Source of the DNA: an uncultured Chitinophagaceae bacterium
GTDB lineage: Bacteria; Bacteroidota; Bacteroidia; Chitinophagales; CAIOSU01
DNA length: 64,000 bases
Direction of reading: 5' to 3'
Assembly (NCBI GenBank): GCA_964543705.1
Contig: CAZIZP010000001.1
Location: 71,583 to 135,582 of the forward strand
The notes beneath the pieces were generated by a model. It made no database searches. It was given only the letters and a program-made list of their open reading frames with translations, and had not been told where the DNA came from. This document shows positions 8,701-16,243 of the stretch, one piece after another; within the stretch, counting starts at the first letter, position 1; every line of letters begins with the position of its first letter. The translations under genes were made by a program, and so were the position numbers.

Positions 8701-9138
8701 TTGTATTCTTATAGCATAATTTATTCCAGGGACAGTTGATAAAGTAATCGACTCAGTTCCATTAGATCCAAAATTATCAGAACACGCTAAAGCAGAAGCC
8801 CCTGTACTACAAGCACCAGAAAAAACGTGCAAAACTGCGTCCCTATTTGAGTAATACTCTATATTGGTTGTGGATGCAGTAGCTGTAAACCACCACCAAG
8901 CATCATCTAGGTCACTTGCACCGCAGCCTGAAGCAGAATTCCAATAGTCAGAACTATTAGTTGAATTAAATGTCTGCATATTACAGGTTGTTCCAACAGT
9001 AATTCCAGTGCCAGTATAAGCACAACCATTAGTTTGCGAAATAGAGATTTTAGAAGAATAAATAATTAAGAAAATAATTGTTACTATTTTCAAATTAATC
9101 AAAGAAAAATTAAAATAATTAGAAAAAATTTTCATCAT
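5713..9138 (-). CDS. Giant secreted surface/adhesin-like protein (1141 aa) with Ig-like repeats and a C-terminal MRVNE module; no T9SS CTD
   Basis: N-terminal signal/TM (IVTIIFLIIYSSKISISQ). S/T/N/G-rich with repeated Cys-bracketed Ig-like units (..C.G....L.A.....Y.W......VTVTDANGCTS..). The last 188 aa (5716-6279) are homologous to the tails of 36647-40051 and 48153-50804 and end GGEMRVNE-stop. Confidence 0.85.
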   Translation of the reverse strand: MMKIFSNYFNFSLINLKIVTIIFLIIYSSKISISQTNGCAYTGTGITVGTTCNMQTFNSTNSSDYWNSASGCGASDLDDAWWWFTATASTTNIEYYSNRDAVLHVFSGACSTGASALACSDNFGSNGTESITLSTVPGINYAIRIQRYNSNSDMNGTVCVWSPCSAPTAPTVSTITQPNCTTSTGSVLLTGLPSSGSWTITRSPGGTTTTGSGTSTTISNLPANASYTFTVTNSSNCTSSSSASVIINLQPSVPAQPSLITGIIDPEVGSTQTYFVTNTGGVTYNWNFPPTWIINSGQGTNSVIVTIGTQNGTISVTPSNSCGNGTPRTLSTNIPNYRAQIIGANFGSSDWCSGDERNVSVEVKNTGIATWNSAYTTNIGVKWDTWSDYHSRVTAGPLTAGSSQTYVLTIKAMNAAAGPAYLTNLSEGTYNLVFDVVNEASCWFGNNNASCGPGNSIYTTSAITVKNGPTVPNAGTDEAICKGQSFQLSGNVVTPNIQVNSSSTFSYSGSGYDCNNFTVGGTTSGMPANATITSIVWNASMNVSCSWSEMDLYINNTYIGWTCGATNITYNGLNGQSANGQKIEIDSWDNDFYCDLMTMNLSFTVNYTYPTAATASYSWSPTTGLNDANIANPIASPTATTTYTMTASYNGCSVSDDVVITVDNYGIDGSLAASTNTSVCVNNPITVTAASGDGNPRYWIQSPVGAASWNIFDNQASNSSSNGYSYTPTSAGTYRIHARWQNSCGFCWDEAGHDFNTNNKCPNFIAVDFTAVAQPTAPTTAVKLPNTATACAGSTLTLGGAASGGEAGLSCAIEYQYSTNNGANWTSTGTTIPSFTAATGTNIIQAKRTSCQSGCGTTSWNTIASWTVNANPVAAISGTNAVCVGSNSTFTASGGTTYAWNTGVTTAAITVANANTYTVTVTDANGCTSSANRTLTVNEPNTSISVNGINISNGDYLWNGSNNANWDVIANWYVFNGSNFTVASTLPTTLTNVFISASAGQCVSNTNNVSIPASAPVQSVKDINISVGSQVVLAGSNNNFNVSGNWNNAGTFNATSGTVIFNGSSNQTFSCGGSSSLKDITIENTALNGKLTMNSNLEVSGTVYINNGEFVVPATRIVRSNKVNMGSNGKLLLGGEMRVNE

Positions 9139-9257
9139 TGCGGTGATTTTAAATTTTAGTGATTGAAAAATGCTAGAAACTTTTGCTGCTTTTAGCGTAG
9201 TCCCAATACGGTAATGTATATGCAGGGTTACAAAAAAGAGATCGCTAGTAATGATTT

Positions 9258-9295
9258 TGAGTACACATACTTATAGAATTAAGTATAGATACTTA
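9258..9295. promoter_or_regulatory. Composite palindromic site B (16-6-16)
   Basis: TGAGTACACATACTTA-tagaat-TAAGTATAGATACTTA, 120-157 nt upstream of the ATG at 9138. Confidence 0.5.
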
Positions 9296-9775
9296 GCCTC
9301 GGCTGTGAGAAATAGAAAATTAAGAGAATTGGGAAATCTGAGAAAATTGAGTTAATTGTGTTTGTTCATTCCGACCGAAGGGAGAAATCTCTTAATTGAA
9401 AGAAAGATGCCTCGTGCCTCGGCATAACAAGTAATGAGCCTCTCCCTAAATCCCTCTCCTACAGAGAGGGACTTTGGGTATGGTTTTGGGGTTTGGATAA
9501 ATGGAAAATTGGGAGAATTAAGAAAATTGGGTGAATTGGGATAATTAGAGAATTGAGTTAATTGCGTTTGTCATTTCGACCGAAGGGAGAAATCTCTTTT
9601 ATTGAAAAAGAGATGCCACGTGCCTCGGCATTACAAGTAATTGAGGGAATTAAGAGAAATGGAAAATTGAGAGAATTGAGATAATTAGGGGAATTGAGTT
9701 TTGAGTTTACTGTTTTGAGTTTTGAATTTAGAGTTTTGGGTTTTGAATTTTGGATTTTGAGTTTATGTATTTAAT
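9296..9775. repeat. Interspersed-repeat cluster (two units, hairpin repeat 9436-9477, GT-rich tail)
   Basis: Same family and orientation as 5160-5590. The units carry ccgaccgaagggagaaatctc...gatgcctcgtgcctcggcat and tcgaccgaagggagaaatctc...gatgccacgtgcctcggcat. The tail at 9700-9770 is (gttttgag/gttttggg)n. Confidence 0.9.
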
Positions 9776-9782
9776 GTTCTAA

Positions 9783-9820
9783 TTGGTATTTATACTTAAT
9801 TTACTAAGTATTGATACTAA
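9783..9820. promoter_or_regulatory. Composite palindromic site C (16-6-16, more degenerate)
   Basis: TTGGTATTTATACTTA-atttac-TAAGTATTGATACTAA. Confidence 0.4.
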
Positions 9821-9928
9821 TTTTAGCCAAAAAACTTTGTTACAATAGCAAGATGTATGTTTATTTGCACTTTGTGAATTGTTTTATTTTATAGTTTTCT
9901 TTTCACGGTTTCAAATTTAAGTCCTGTT

Positions 9929-9962
9929 GGGCTTGCTTGTAAAAGCAGGCCCTTCATTTTTT
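9929..9962 (+). terminator. Plus-strand terminator-like hairpin with no plus-strand ORF upstream
   Basis: gggcttgctt-gtaa-aagcaggccc followed by ttcatttttt. The loop and stem core resemble the 4750-4779 hairpin. The T-run is only on the plus side. Confidence 0.45.
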
Positions 9963-9986
9963 GGGGGATATATTGAGTACCCCGCC

Positions 9987-10733
9987 TTAATCGCTGGTAT
10001 TATTTTCAAAGGCAGGCAACAGACTAATTAATGATTGGCCGGTATAGTATAAAATAAAATTAAGCTTATAATCATCTGCCAATGGCACATATAAATCTTC
10101 TTGCAGCCAGGTGTAAAATAGTAATGCATCGGAATAAGGTATTAGTATTGCACCTATAAGAATAATAAAGCCCTTAGGATTTAAATTGATTATAAACAAA
10201 AACCAAATTGCAAAAAGGGGCAATAGTGCATAAATAAAAAAGGTTACAACTATGGTTCCGTATAATAAAAAATAATCGTGCTGGACATTGGGATAAACAA
10301 ATTTTGACCAATTGGCCAACGATATAGCCTGAATAGGCAAAAGCAGCCAGTACTTATATTTACCTATAAAGGTATTATTGATTTTAATGCTTGTAACTTT
10401 CCATAATGCATAACAATAAAAACTATAGCCAATGCTAAATAATACAATAGCAAATTTCAGTTTTAAACTTATTGGCGAAATACCTGAAATACTACTATTT
10501 ATTACATCTCCTGCAAAAGTAAAAAGCATACCGATAGCAAATAAAAATGCTGTTTTACTTTTATTTAAAATACCAAAGGCAGTTAAAAGTATTAGAAGCA
10601 GTAATAACTCTATATAGTGTATAAACGAATAAAGCTTTTCAGATAAAGTAAACATTTCTGCTAATAATGATATTTCAAGCATTACAGAAAATACCATTAA
10701 CAGTATAATGCTGTTTAAAAAGTAATTTTTCAT
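9987..10733 (-). CDS. Polytopic membrane protein (about 8 hydrophobic segments; possibly YhhN/lysoplasmalogenase-like)
   Basis: 248 aa, almost entirely hydrophobic helices. The FAGDVINS motif is reminiscent of the YhhN family, but the family call is weak. It starts 15 nt after the decarboxylase stop. Confidence 0.6.
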   Translation of the reverse strand: MKNYFLNSIILLMVFSVMLEISLLAEMFTLSEKLYSFIHYIELLLLLILLTAFGILNKSKTAFLFAIGMLFTFAGDVINSSISGISPISLKLKFAIVLFSIGYSFYCYALWKVTSIKINNTFIGKYKYWLLLPIQAISLANWSKFVYPNVQHDYFLLYGTIVVTFFIYALLPLFAIWFLFIINLNPKGFIILIGAILIPYSDALLFYTWLQEDLYVPLADDYKLNFILYYTGQSLISLLPAFENNTSD

Positions 10734-10748
10734 TAAAAAATTTATAAG

Positions 10749-12437
10749 CTATAAATAAACCACAATTTCACCCGCAACAGCTTTACAAGATGTTTCGAAT
10801 GAAACTACTGCTTTAGCTTTATGTTTATAATTAGCAGTTACTTTACTTAAGCATAGCCTGAAATTGAAAATTGTATTTGAGGGTAAAGTCTTAAAACAAT
10901 CTAAATGAAGTTTTCGCCCCCATACCGAAATATCTTTTTCATTTTTATTAAGCAAATGTAAAAGGGCTACAATAACTGCATCGCCAAAAATTCTAGTTGC
11001 AAAAGGCATAGAAATAAAACTTACCTGTGACTGTGTAATTGCAGTTACATTATATATATGAGGCTTTACCATTTCAAACTTTAATAATTTATAAGTATCG
11101 TGTTTAGATGTTTCGCTTAAATATTCACTTTGCAAAAGTTTAATTTGTTCAACACCTAAAACTTCAGGCACAGCATTATTATGGTTAACTTCTTCATTAT
11201 CAAACCAATAGTTATGATTTAGTAAAAGTTTACTATAACTATCTTCTGCTCTGGTTTTCAGGTAGTATTTATTGTTTTCGGCAATTACCCATGCAGGCGA
11301 TAACCTACCGTTAAAACTATTTGATAGCGAAAATGTGTATGCACCTGCATTGGTAACCAATAAAGGGTCGCCTATATTAATGCAGCTTACATCGGTATTG
11401 TGCAATAAAGTATCGCCCGCAAAACACAAGGGCCCTGCTACTGCATCGTTACCGTTTAATGGCAATGCTTTATTTTCAGCATTGAGTATGATGTGCTGCC
11501 ATTTAAGTAAGGTTACTTTAGCAAGCTGGTCAGTGCCAATATCGCAAACTGCCCACCGCCTACCTCTTGATTTCTTTATGGTTTTTACAGTGGTAAGCAA
11601 GCCGACTGCATTACCAACCAAAGCATGCCCAGGCTCAACAAAATATTCATAATGAGCTTGCTTATGCTGTAGCAAACGCCTGGTCCAATCTTCAATTTCA
11701 GGAAATACATCGCTCTCAGTAAATGAAATACCTAAGCCGCCACCAATATCTATAGCTGCTACCGGATGACCTAGACCTATTAGTTTATTGCCAATAATAT
11801 TTAAAGAATTTATTGCATTATCAAAAGCTTCTAAATTATCCATTTGAGTACCAACATGAACATGCAAACCGCTAAATTTTAAACTTGTAACACTTAATAA
11901 GTCGAAAATTTCTTCTTCAGGAATACCAAATTTTGAAGATGCATTACCATGGTGCATAAGCTCCTGATTATCAGCTAAAATAGCATAGGTGCTTTGCTGA
12001 AGGGGATTAACTCGAAGCCATATATTTCCGGTGTAATTTTCAGTTTTCAATTTTTCTTCCAGTTGTGTTATAACATTTATATCGTCTAACACTACTGTAG
12101 AGCCATTTTTTAACAGATATACCAAAAAACTTACTTCCTGAACCGGACTATTGTAAACTATATTTTCAAATTTAAAGCCACAAAAAAGTGCATTTATTAC
12201 TTCTTGCTCATTGGCACAGTCGGCACCACAACCTAAGCGCGCCAGTATTTCTAAAACTGCAACCGAGGGGTTGGCTTTAACAGGAAACAATATATTTTTA
12301 TTATTACCCGTAAATTTTTGAAATGCCTGAACATTTTGTTGTAATTGTTCAGCAGAAACTACCCAACAAGAGCTACCATAGGTTGCTTGTATATATTTTA
12401 TATCTACTTGCTGAAACCACTTTGCTACTGCCGCCAT
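10749..12437 (-). CDS. Type-III PLP decarboxylase (Orn/DAP/Arg decarboxylase family) with an extra ~150-aa C-terminal domain
   Basis: Family motifs are present: FPVKANPSVAVLEILARLGCGADCANEQEV (PLP lysine), HVHVGTQ, IDIGGGLGI, EPGHALVGNA, VAGPLCFAGDTL, GAYTFSLSNSFNGR. Typical members are ~400-420 aa. This one is 562 aa, with an unassigned C-terminal extension. Confidence 0.8.
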   Translation of the reverse strand: MAAVAKWFQQVDIKYIQATYGSSCWVVSAEQLQQNVQAFQKFTGNNKNILFPVKANPSVAVLEILARLGCGADCANEQEVINALFCGFKFENIVYNSPVQEVSFLVYLLKNGSTVVLDDINVITQLEEKLKTENYTGNIWLRVNPLQQSTYAILADNQELMHHGNASSKFGIPEEEIFDLLSVTSLKFSGLHVHVGTQMDNLEAFDNAINSLNIIGNKLIGLGHPVAAIDIGGGLGISFTESDVFPEIEDWTRRLLQHKQAHYEYFVEPGHALVGNAVGLLTTVKTIKKSRGRRWAVCDIGTDQLAKVTLLKWQHIILNAENKALPLNGNDAVAGPLCFAGDTLLHNTDVSCINIGDPLLVTNAGAYTFSLSNSFNGRLSPAWVIAENNKYYLKTRAEDSYSKLLLNHNYWFDNEEVNHNNAVPEVLGVEQIKLLQSEYLSETSKHDTYKLLKFEMVKPHIYNVTAITQSQVSFISMPFATRIFGDAVIVALLHLLNKNEKDISVWGRKLHLDCFKTLPSNTIFNFRLCLSKVTANYKHKAKAVVSFETSCKAVAGEIVVYL

Positions 12438-12507
12438 AATACTGTTTTAACATTTGCAATTAAAATTATGCTATAGTTATATGCAACATGTGAAGCGGCA
12501 CTTAAAT

Positions 12508-12545
12508 TAAGTACAGATACTTATGAATATTAGGAGAAATACTTA
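12508..12545. promoter_or_regulatory. Composite palindromic site D (16-6-16)
   Basis: TAAGTACAGATACTTA-tgaata-TTAGGAGAAATACTTA. It lies in the 131-nt gap upstream of the decarboxylase ATG (12437). Confidence 0.5.
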
Positions 12546-12568
12546 GATACTGAAGAAAAAATAATAGA

Positions 12569-13009
12569 TTAAGAATATTGTAAAACAGGAAGTTCATTTA
12601 ATTGTAGCCAGTAATTATTTACAAGTTTTACAGCATTTAAAAACTCTTCAAAATTCACCGGTTTTTTAAGATAACTGTTAGCACCCAGGTTATAGCTTTC
12701 TAATAAATCTTTTTCTTCTAAAGATGAAGTAAGCATAACAACAGGAATACGTTTTAAATTATTGGCAGATTTTAGTTTTTGCAAAACCTGAAGCCCGTTT
12801 ACCATAGGCATGTTTATATCTAATAAAATAAGGTTTACAGTCTTCATGTGATCGCTGTTGGCAGCATTAAAAATAAAATTTAGTGCTTCTACCCCATTGT
12901 TTAAATGAAGAATTTCAATATCGGGATAGTTATTTTTAAAAGCGAGAATAGTTAACTCGGCATCGTCTATATTATCTTCTATAAGAATGATTCTTTTACT
13001 TTTAATCAT
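12569..13009 (-). CDS. Single-domain response-regulator receiver (CheY/Rcp1-like)
   Basis: EDNIDDAEL...LILLDINMPMVNG...VVMLTSS...GANSYLKKP, with a C-terminal NYWLQLNELP tail. No output domain. Confidence 0.9.
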   Translation of the reverse strand: MIKSKRIILIEDNIDDAELTILAFKNNYPDIEILHLNNGVEALNFIFNAANSDHMKTVNLILLDINMPMVNGLQVLQKLKSANNLKRIPVVMLTSSLEEKDLLESYNLGANSYLKKPVNFEEFLNAVKLVNNYWLQLNELPVLQYS

Positions 13010-13883
13010 GTTGTTTATTTAAGGTAAAATAAAATGTTGCGCCTTGATTTATTTTACTTTCGGCCCAAATTTTTCCTGAATGTTTACTAATTATACGACT
13101 TACTATTGACAGGCCTATGCCGGTGCCTGAAAATTCTCCTGAATTGTGTAACCTTTGAAATGGTTGAAACAGCTTATCGGCATATTGCATATCGAAACCA
13201 ACCCCATTGTCTCTTATAAAATAAATGCTTTCATTACCATTTATTACTTTGCCGAATACTATTTCAGCATTGCATGTTTTAGATGTGTATTTAAAAGCAT
13301 TCTCAAGTAGGTTTTTAAAGGCTATAGTAAGTAAATGCTCGTCTCCTTCAGCCAATACATTATTTTCAATTGTTAGTCTCGGCTTCAATTCGGTAAATGA
13401 TGAATCGCTTAAGTCTTTAACGATAGTATTTACAATATTCGACAGGTTTATGGTTTTCTTTTCAGCCTTTTGACGTGTAATTTTTGACAGTTGCAATAAA
13501 TCATCAATCAACTCTGACATCCTTAATCCCGATTCTTTAATTCTGTTTAGATATCTTTTTCCATCTGCATCTAATTTATCGTTATAGCTATCCAGAAGTA
13601 ACTGGCTAAAACCATTCAGGCTTCTTAGTGGGGTTCTTAAATCGTGTGCTACTGAATAGCTGAAACTTTCCAGCTCTTTATTTGAAGCTTCAAGCAATGC
13701 CGTTGCATTTAAAAATTCATTTTCACTAACCTGATAAGCATGTTCAGAAAGCTGTTTGTCTCTTTCAAATGTGAGGTAGTAATTACTTATTGAATTAAAA
13801 AATGGCTTCAAATTTTCATTTTCTGCACATTCTTTTGGAAGCAACTTTTCTATTTGATTTTTTAAAATTTTATGGTAAGGCAT
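13002..13883 (-). CDS. Sensor-less cytoplasmic histidine kinase (HisKA + HATPase_c)
   Basis: H-box SYSVAHDLRTPLRSL. ATPase motifs RDNGVGFD, GTGIGLSIV, GATFYFTL. Only ~70 aa of coiled coil precede the H-box, and there is no TM segment. Confidence 0.9.
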   Translation of the reverse strand: MPYHKILKNQIEKLLPKECAENENLKPFFNSISNYYLTFERDKQLSEHAYQVSENEFLNATALLEASNKELESFSYSVAHDLRTPLRSLNGFSQLLLDSYNDKLDADGKRYLNRIKESGLRMSELIDDLLQLSKITRQKAEKKTINLSNIVNTIVKDLSDSSFTELKPRLTIENNVLAEGDEHLLTIAFKNLLENAFKYTSKTCNAEIVFGKVINGNESIYFIRDNGVGFDMQYADKLFQPFQRLHNSGEFSGTGIGLSIVSRIISKHSGKIWAESKINQGATFYFTLNKQHD

Positions 13884-13897
13884 AAGGTGCTGTAGTA

Positions 13898-15028
13898 TTA
13901 TTCTTCAAATAAAGTAGTAATGGTCATGGTTTGGTTATGCAGTTCGCAACATAAAGCATTACTAAAGGGGGCAATTTCACCATAAGAATAAAATCCGGTA
14001 ATTGTTGCAGATGTTCCTAAAGCATATTTGGCGGCCATTGTTTCTTCAGAAACTCTTTCTCGAAGAATTAATTTTCTGCCTACACAACTTATTAAAATTG
14101 CAAGCTGCGAATGATTTAAACCCGCAACATTACATTTTGTTGCTGCATTCTGTGAGGCTTCTATAAGCTTATCGAAATTGGCTTTCATAAATCTCACCTT
14201 GCTTCCTTCGGGAATATTGCCTGCAAAAGTCATGGTTTTTTCAAGCTCATCAATAGTTAATATGGTTCTTACAATTGTTTTATCGTTTCCTGAAACGGAT
14301 ATGGATAATGGAAAAAGTAATGCAGAACCGGGAAGTTCTTCGGCAAAAGGCCCTAAATATTCTTTATAGAGTTCTAAGGCATTGCGATTATCTATTTCAT
14401 AAAGCACATTTCTGTTAGACTTTGTAACAGTTCTTTCGCGACCAAATTCATCCCAGCCGCCAAATGATGCACAATTAACTTTCATATCATTTCCATAAAA
14501 GCCTATTGCTACAATATTACCCGGTTCGGGTTGTTTATTAAGACTTACAACTGTTTCAGAAAAATTATCGGCATCGCCCGCTAAACCACCCGAAATAATA
14601 GTATTAACGTTGTTATTTATATTTAATCCTGAAACTAATTCGCTTCCATTTACATGTGTTCCATCGGAAATAATAAAAATAGATTTTAATTGATTACTAT
14701 TAAGATTTTGGGTTAAAAATTTACCTGCATCGAAACTTGATTTGTGTTTGTTTATTGAAGTTTCAATACATTGGACATGACTTTTTTCAAGATAAATTGC
14801 CGTTGCTACAACTGTATTATCATAAACTTCACCATCTAATATTTCGCCCGATGTTGATGAAAAAACAATATTTGCATTTGAGAACCTGTTAGTGAGATAA
14901 TTATATACTTCAGTATTACATAACAATAGCTTCGAACCAAAAACCAATACTAATTGAAAATTATGTTCCGCTTCTGGATTTAGGTCAATCCAGTTGTTTT
15001 GTTTAAAGTGTAGTTGTTTTGTTATCAT
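13898..15028 (-). CDS. Stand-alone FIST (FIST_N + FIST_C) sensor-domain protein
   Basis: 376 aa. The ending GFYSYGEIAPFSNALCCELHNQTMTITTLFE is typical of FIST_C. No other domain is fused. Confidence 0.75.
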   Translation of the reverse strand: MITKQLHFKQNNWIDLNPEAEHNFQLVLVFGSKLLLCNTEVYNYLTNRFSNANIVFSSTSGEILDGEVYDNTVVATAIYLEKSHVQCIETSINKHKSSFDAGKFLTQNLNSNQLKSIFIISDGTHVNGSELVSGLNINNNVNTIISGGLAGDADNFSETVVSLNKQPEPGNIVAIGFYGNDMKVNCASFGGWDEFGRERTVTKSNRNVLYEIDNRNALELYKEYLGPFAEELPGSALLFPLSISVSGNDKTIVRTILTIDELEKTMTFAGNIPEGSKVRFMKANFDKLIEASQNAATKCNVAGLNHSQLAILISCVGRKLILRERVSEETMAAKYALGTSATITGFYSYGEIAPFSNALCCELHNQTMTITTLFEE

Positions 15029-15030
15029 TA

Positions 15031-15804
15031 TTATTCAAAATTTATTTCATTACAAACGGCATCCCAAAGTTTTATACGTGCTTCAAGCGATTTTATGGCT
15101 CCCATTTTTGCTTCATGCCATTTAACATTATCGTTTCCACATACTTCTTCAATCATTTTTAATGCCAGATATCTATGATGTTCTCCATCAACCTGAATAT
15201 GCCTTTCCAGATAATAATTGAATGTGCTTAGTTTAGAAGGGTTAATTAATGCAATACAATCTATTACTTCCTGAAACATATCGGGAATTAAATCTTCTCT
15301 GCCAAAAGTGAATGCTCCGCAAACTGAAGCAAGGCTATTACTATTAATTATTTCGAAGGTATTGGCAACAAAAGCTTTAGCGGCTAAACTTTTGGTTACA
15401 CTTATATCAAGACATAATGATACCGGATACTGCAAGGCGATGTTGGAATAAAACAGTTCAATTTCAGAGGTATCGGCTTCAGCCTTCCTCATGGCATTTA
15501 AATAAAGTTCAAAATGAGAAATTCTGTTATTATGCTCATCTATATCACACTCCTCACCCAACACTATTTCATTTATAAAAAATCTGGTATCGGCACTGCC
15601 TTTTGCATACCATGGGGCATTTGTAATAGTTAATTCGCTTTGTAGTTTTTTTAATAACGACATAAAATCCCAAACTGCAAATGCATGGTATTTCATAAAT
15701 ACTCTTAAGTGTTCAATATTCTTTATTGAACTGTAAACCTGGTGTTCTAATAATTTTTCTCGGCAAGGCGCAATTTCTTTAATTAACTTCTCAATTTGTT
15801 TCAT
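15031..15804 (-). CDS. DUF3050-like protein (haem-oxygenase-like helical fold family)
   Basis: HQVYSSI...LRVFMKYHAFAVWDFMSLLKKLQ...PWYAKGSADTRFFINEIVLGEECD...SHFELYLNAM matches my recollection of the DUF3050 signature. Confidence 0.6.
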   Translation of the reverse strand: MKQIEKLIKEIAPCREKLLEHQVYSSIKNIEHLRVFMKYHAFAVWDFMSLLKKLQSELTITNAPWYAKGSADTRFFINEIVLGEECDIDEHNNRISHFELYLNAMRKAEADTSEIELFYSNIALQYPVSLCLDISVTKSLAAKAFVANTFEIINSNSLASVCGAFTFGREDLIPDMFQEVIDCIALINPSKLSTFNYYLERHIQVDGEHHRYLALKMIEEVCGNDNVKWHEAKMGAIKSLEARIKLWDAVCNEINFE

Positions 15805-15817
15805 GGCAAAACAATAG

Positions 15818-16243
15818 TTATGGTTTTAGAGTATTTAAAAAATTGATATTTAACCAATAATTCCCAAGAGTTTTAATGGCATCCTGATAGGCTGAAACAT
15901 CTACAGGCTTCACTATGTAGGAGTTTGCCCCTAAGCTGTAGCATTCTGTAACGTCTCTGCTTTCTTTTGAAGACGAGAGAATAACAACAGGAACATGTTT
16001 GGTGTTTTCATTTTCTTTTAGAATTCGTAAAACCTGAATTCCTGTAAGCTTTGGCATTTTTAAATCAAGCAGAATTAATCCAACATCTTTGGCATTGGTG
16101 GTATCCAGCATATAATCAAGAACAGACTGGCCGTTATCGAAATGTATAATGTCGTTTTGAATATTCATTGCGCGAAGAGAAGCAACTGCCAATTCTTTAT
16201 CGAGCAAGTCGTCTTCTGCCAATAATATTTTAAGTTTAATCAT
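15818..16243 (-). CDS. Single-domain response-regulator receiver (CheY/Rcp1-like)
   Basis: AEDDLLDKEL...ILLDLKMPKLTG...VVILSSS...GANSYIVKP...NYWLNINF. Its start overlaps the upstream kinase stop by 4 nt. Confidence 0.9.
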   Translation of the reverse strand: MIKLKILLAEDDLLDKELAVASLRAMNIQNDIIHFDNGQSVLDYMLDTTNAKDVGLILLDLKMPKLTGIQVLRILKENENTKHVPVVILSSSKESRDVTECYSLGANSYIVKPVDVSAYQDAIKTLGNYWLNINFLNTLKP

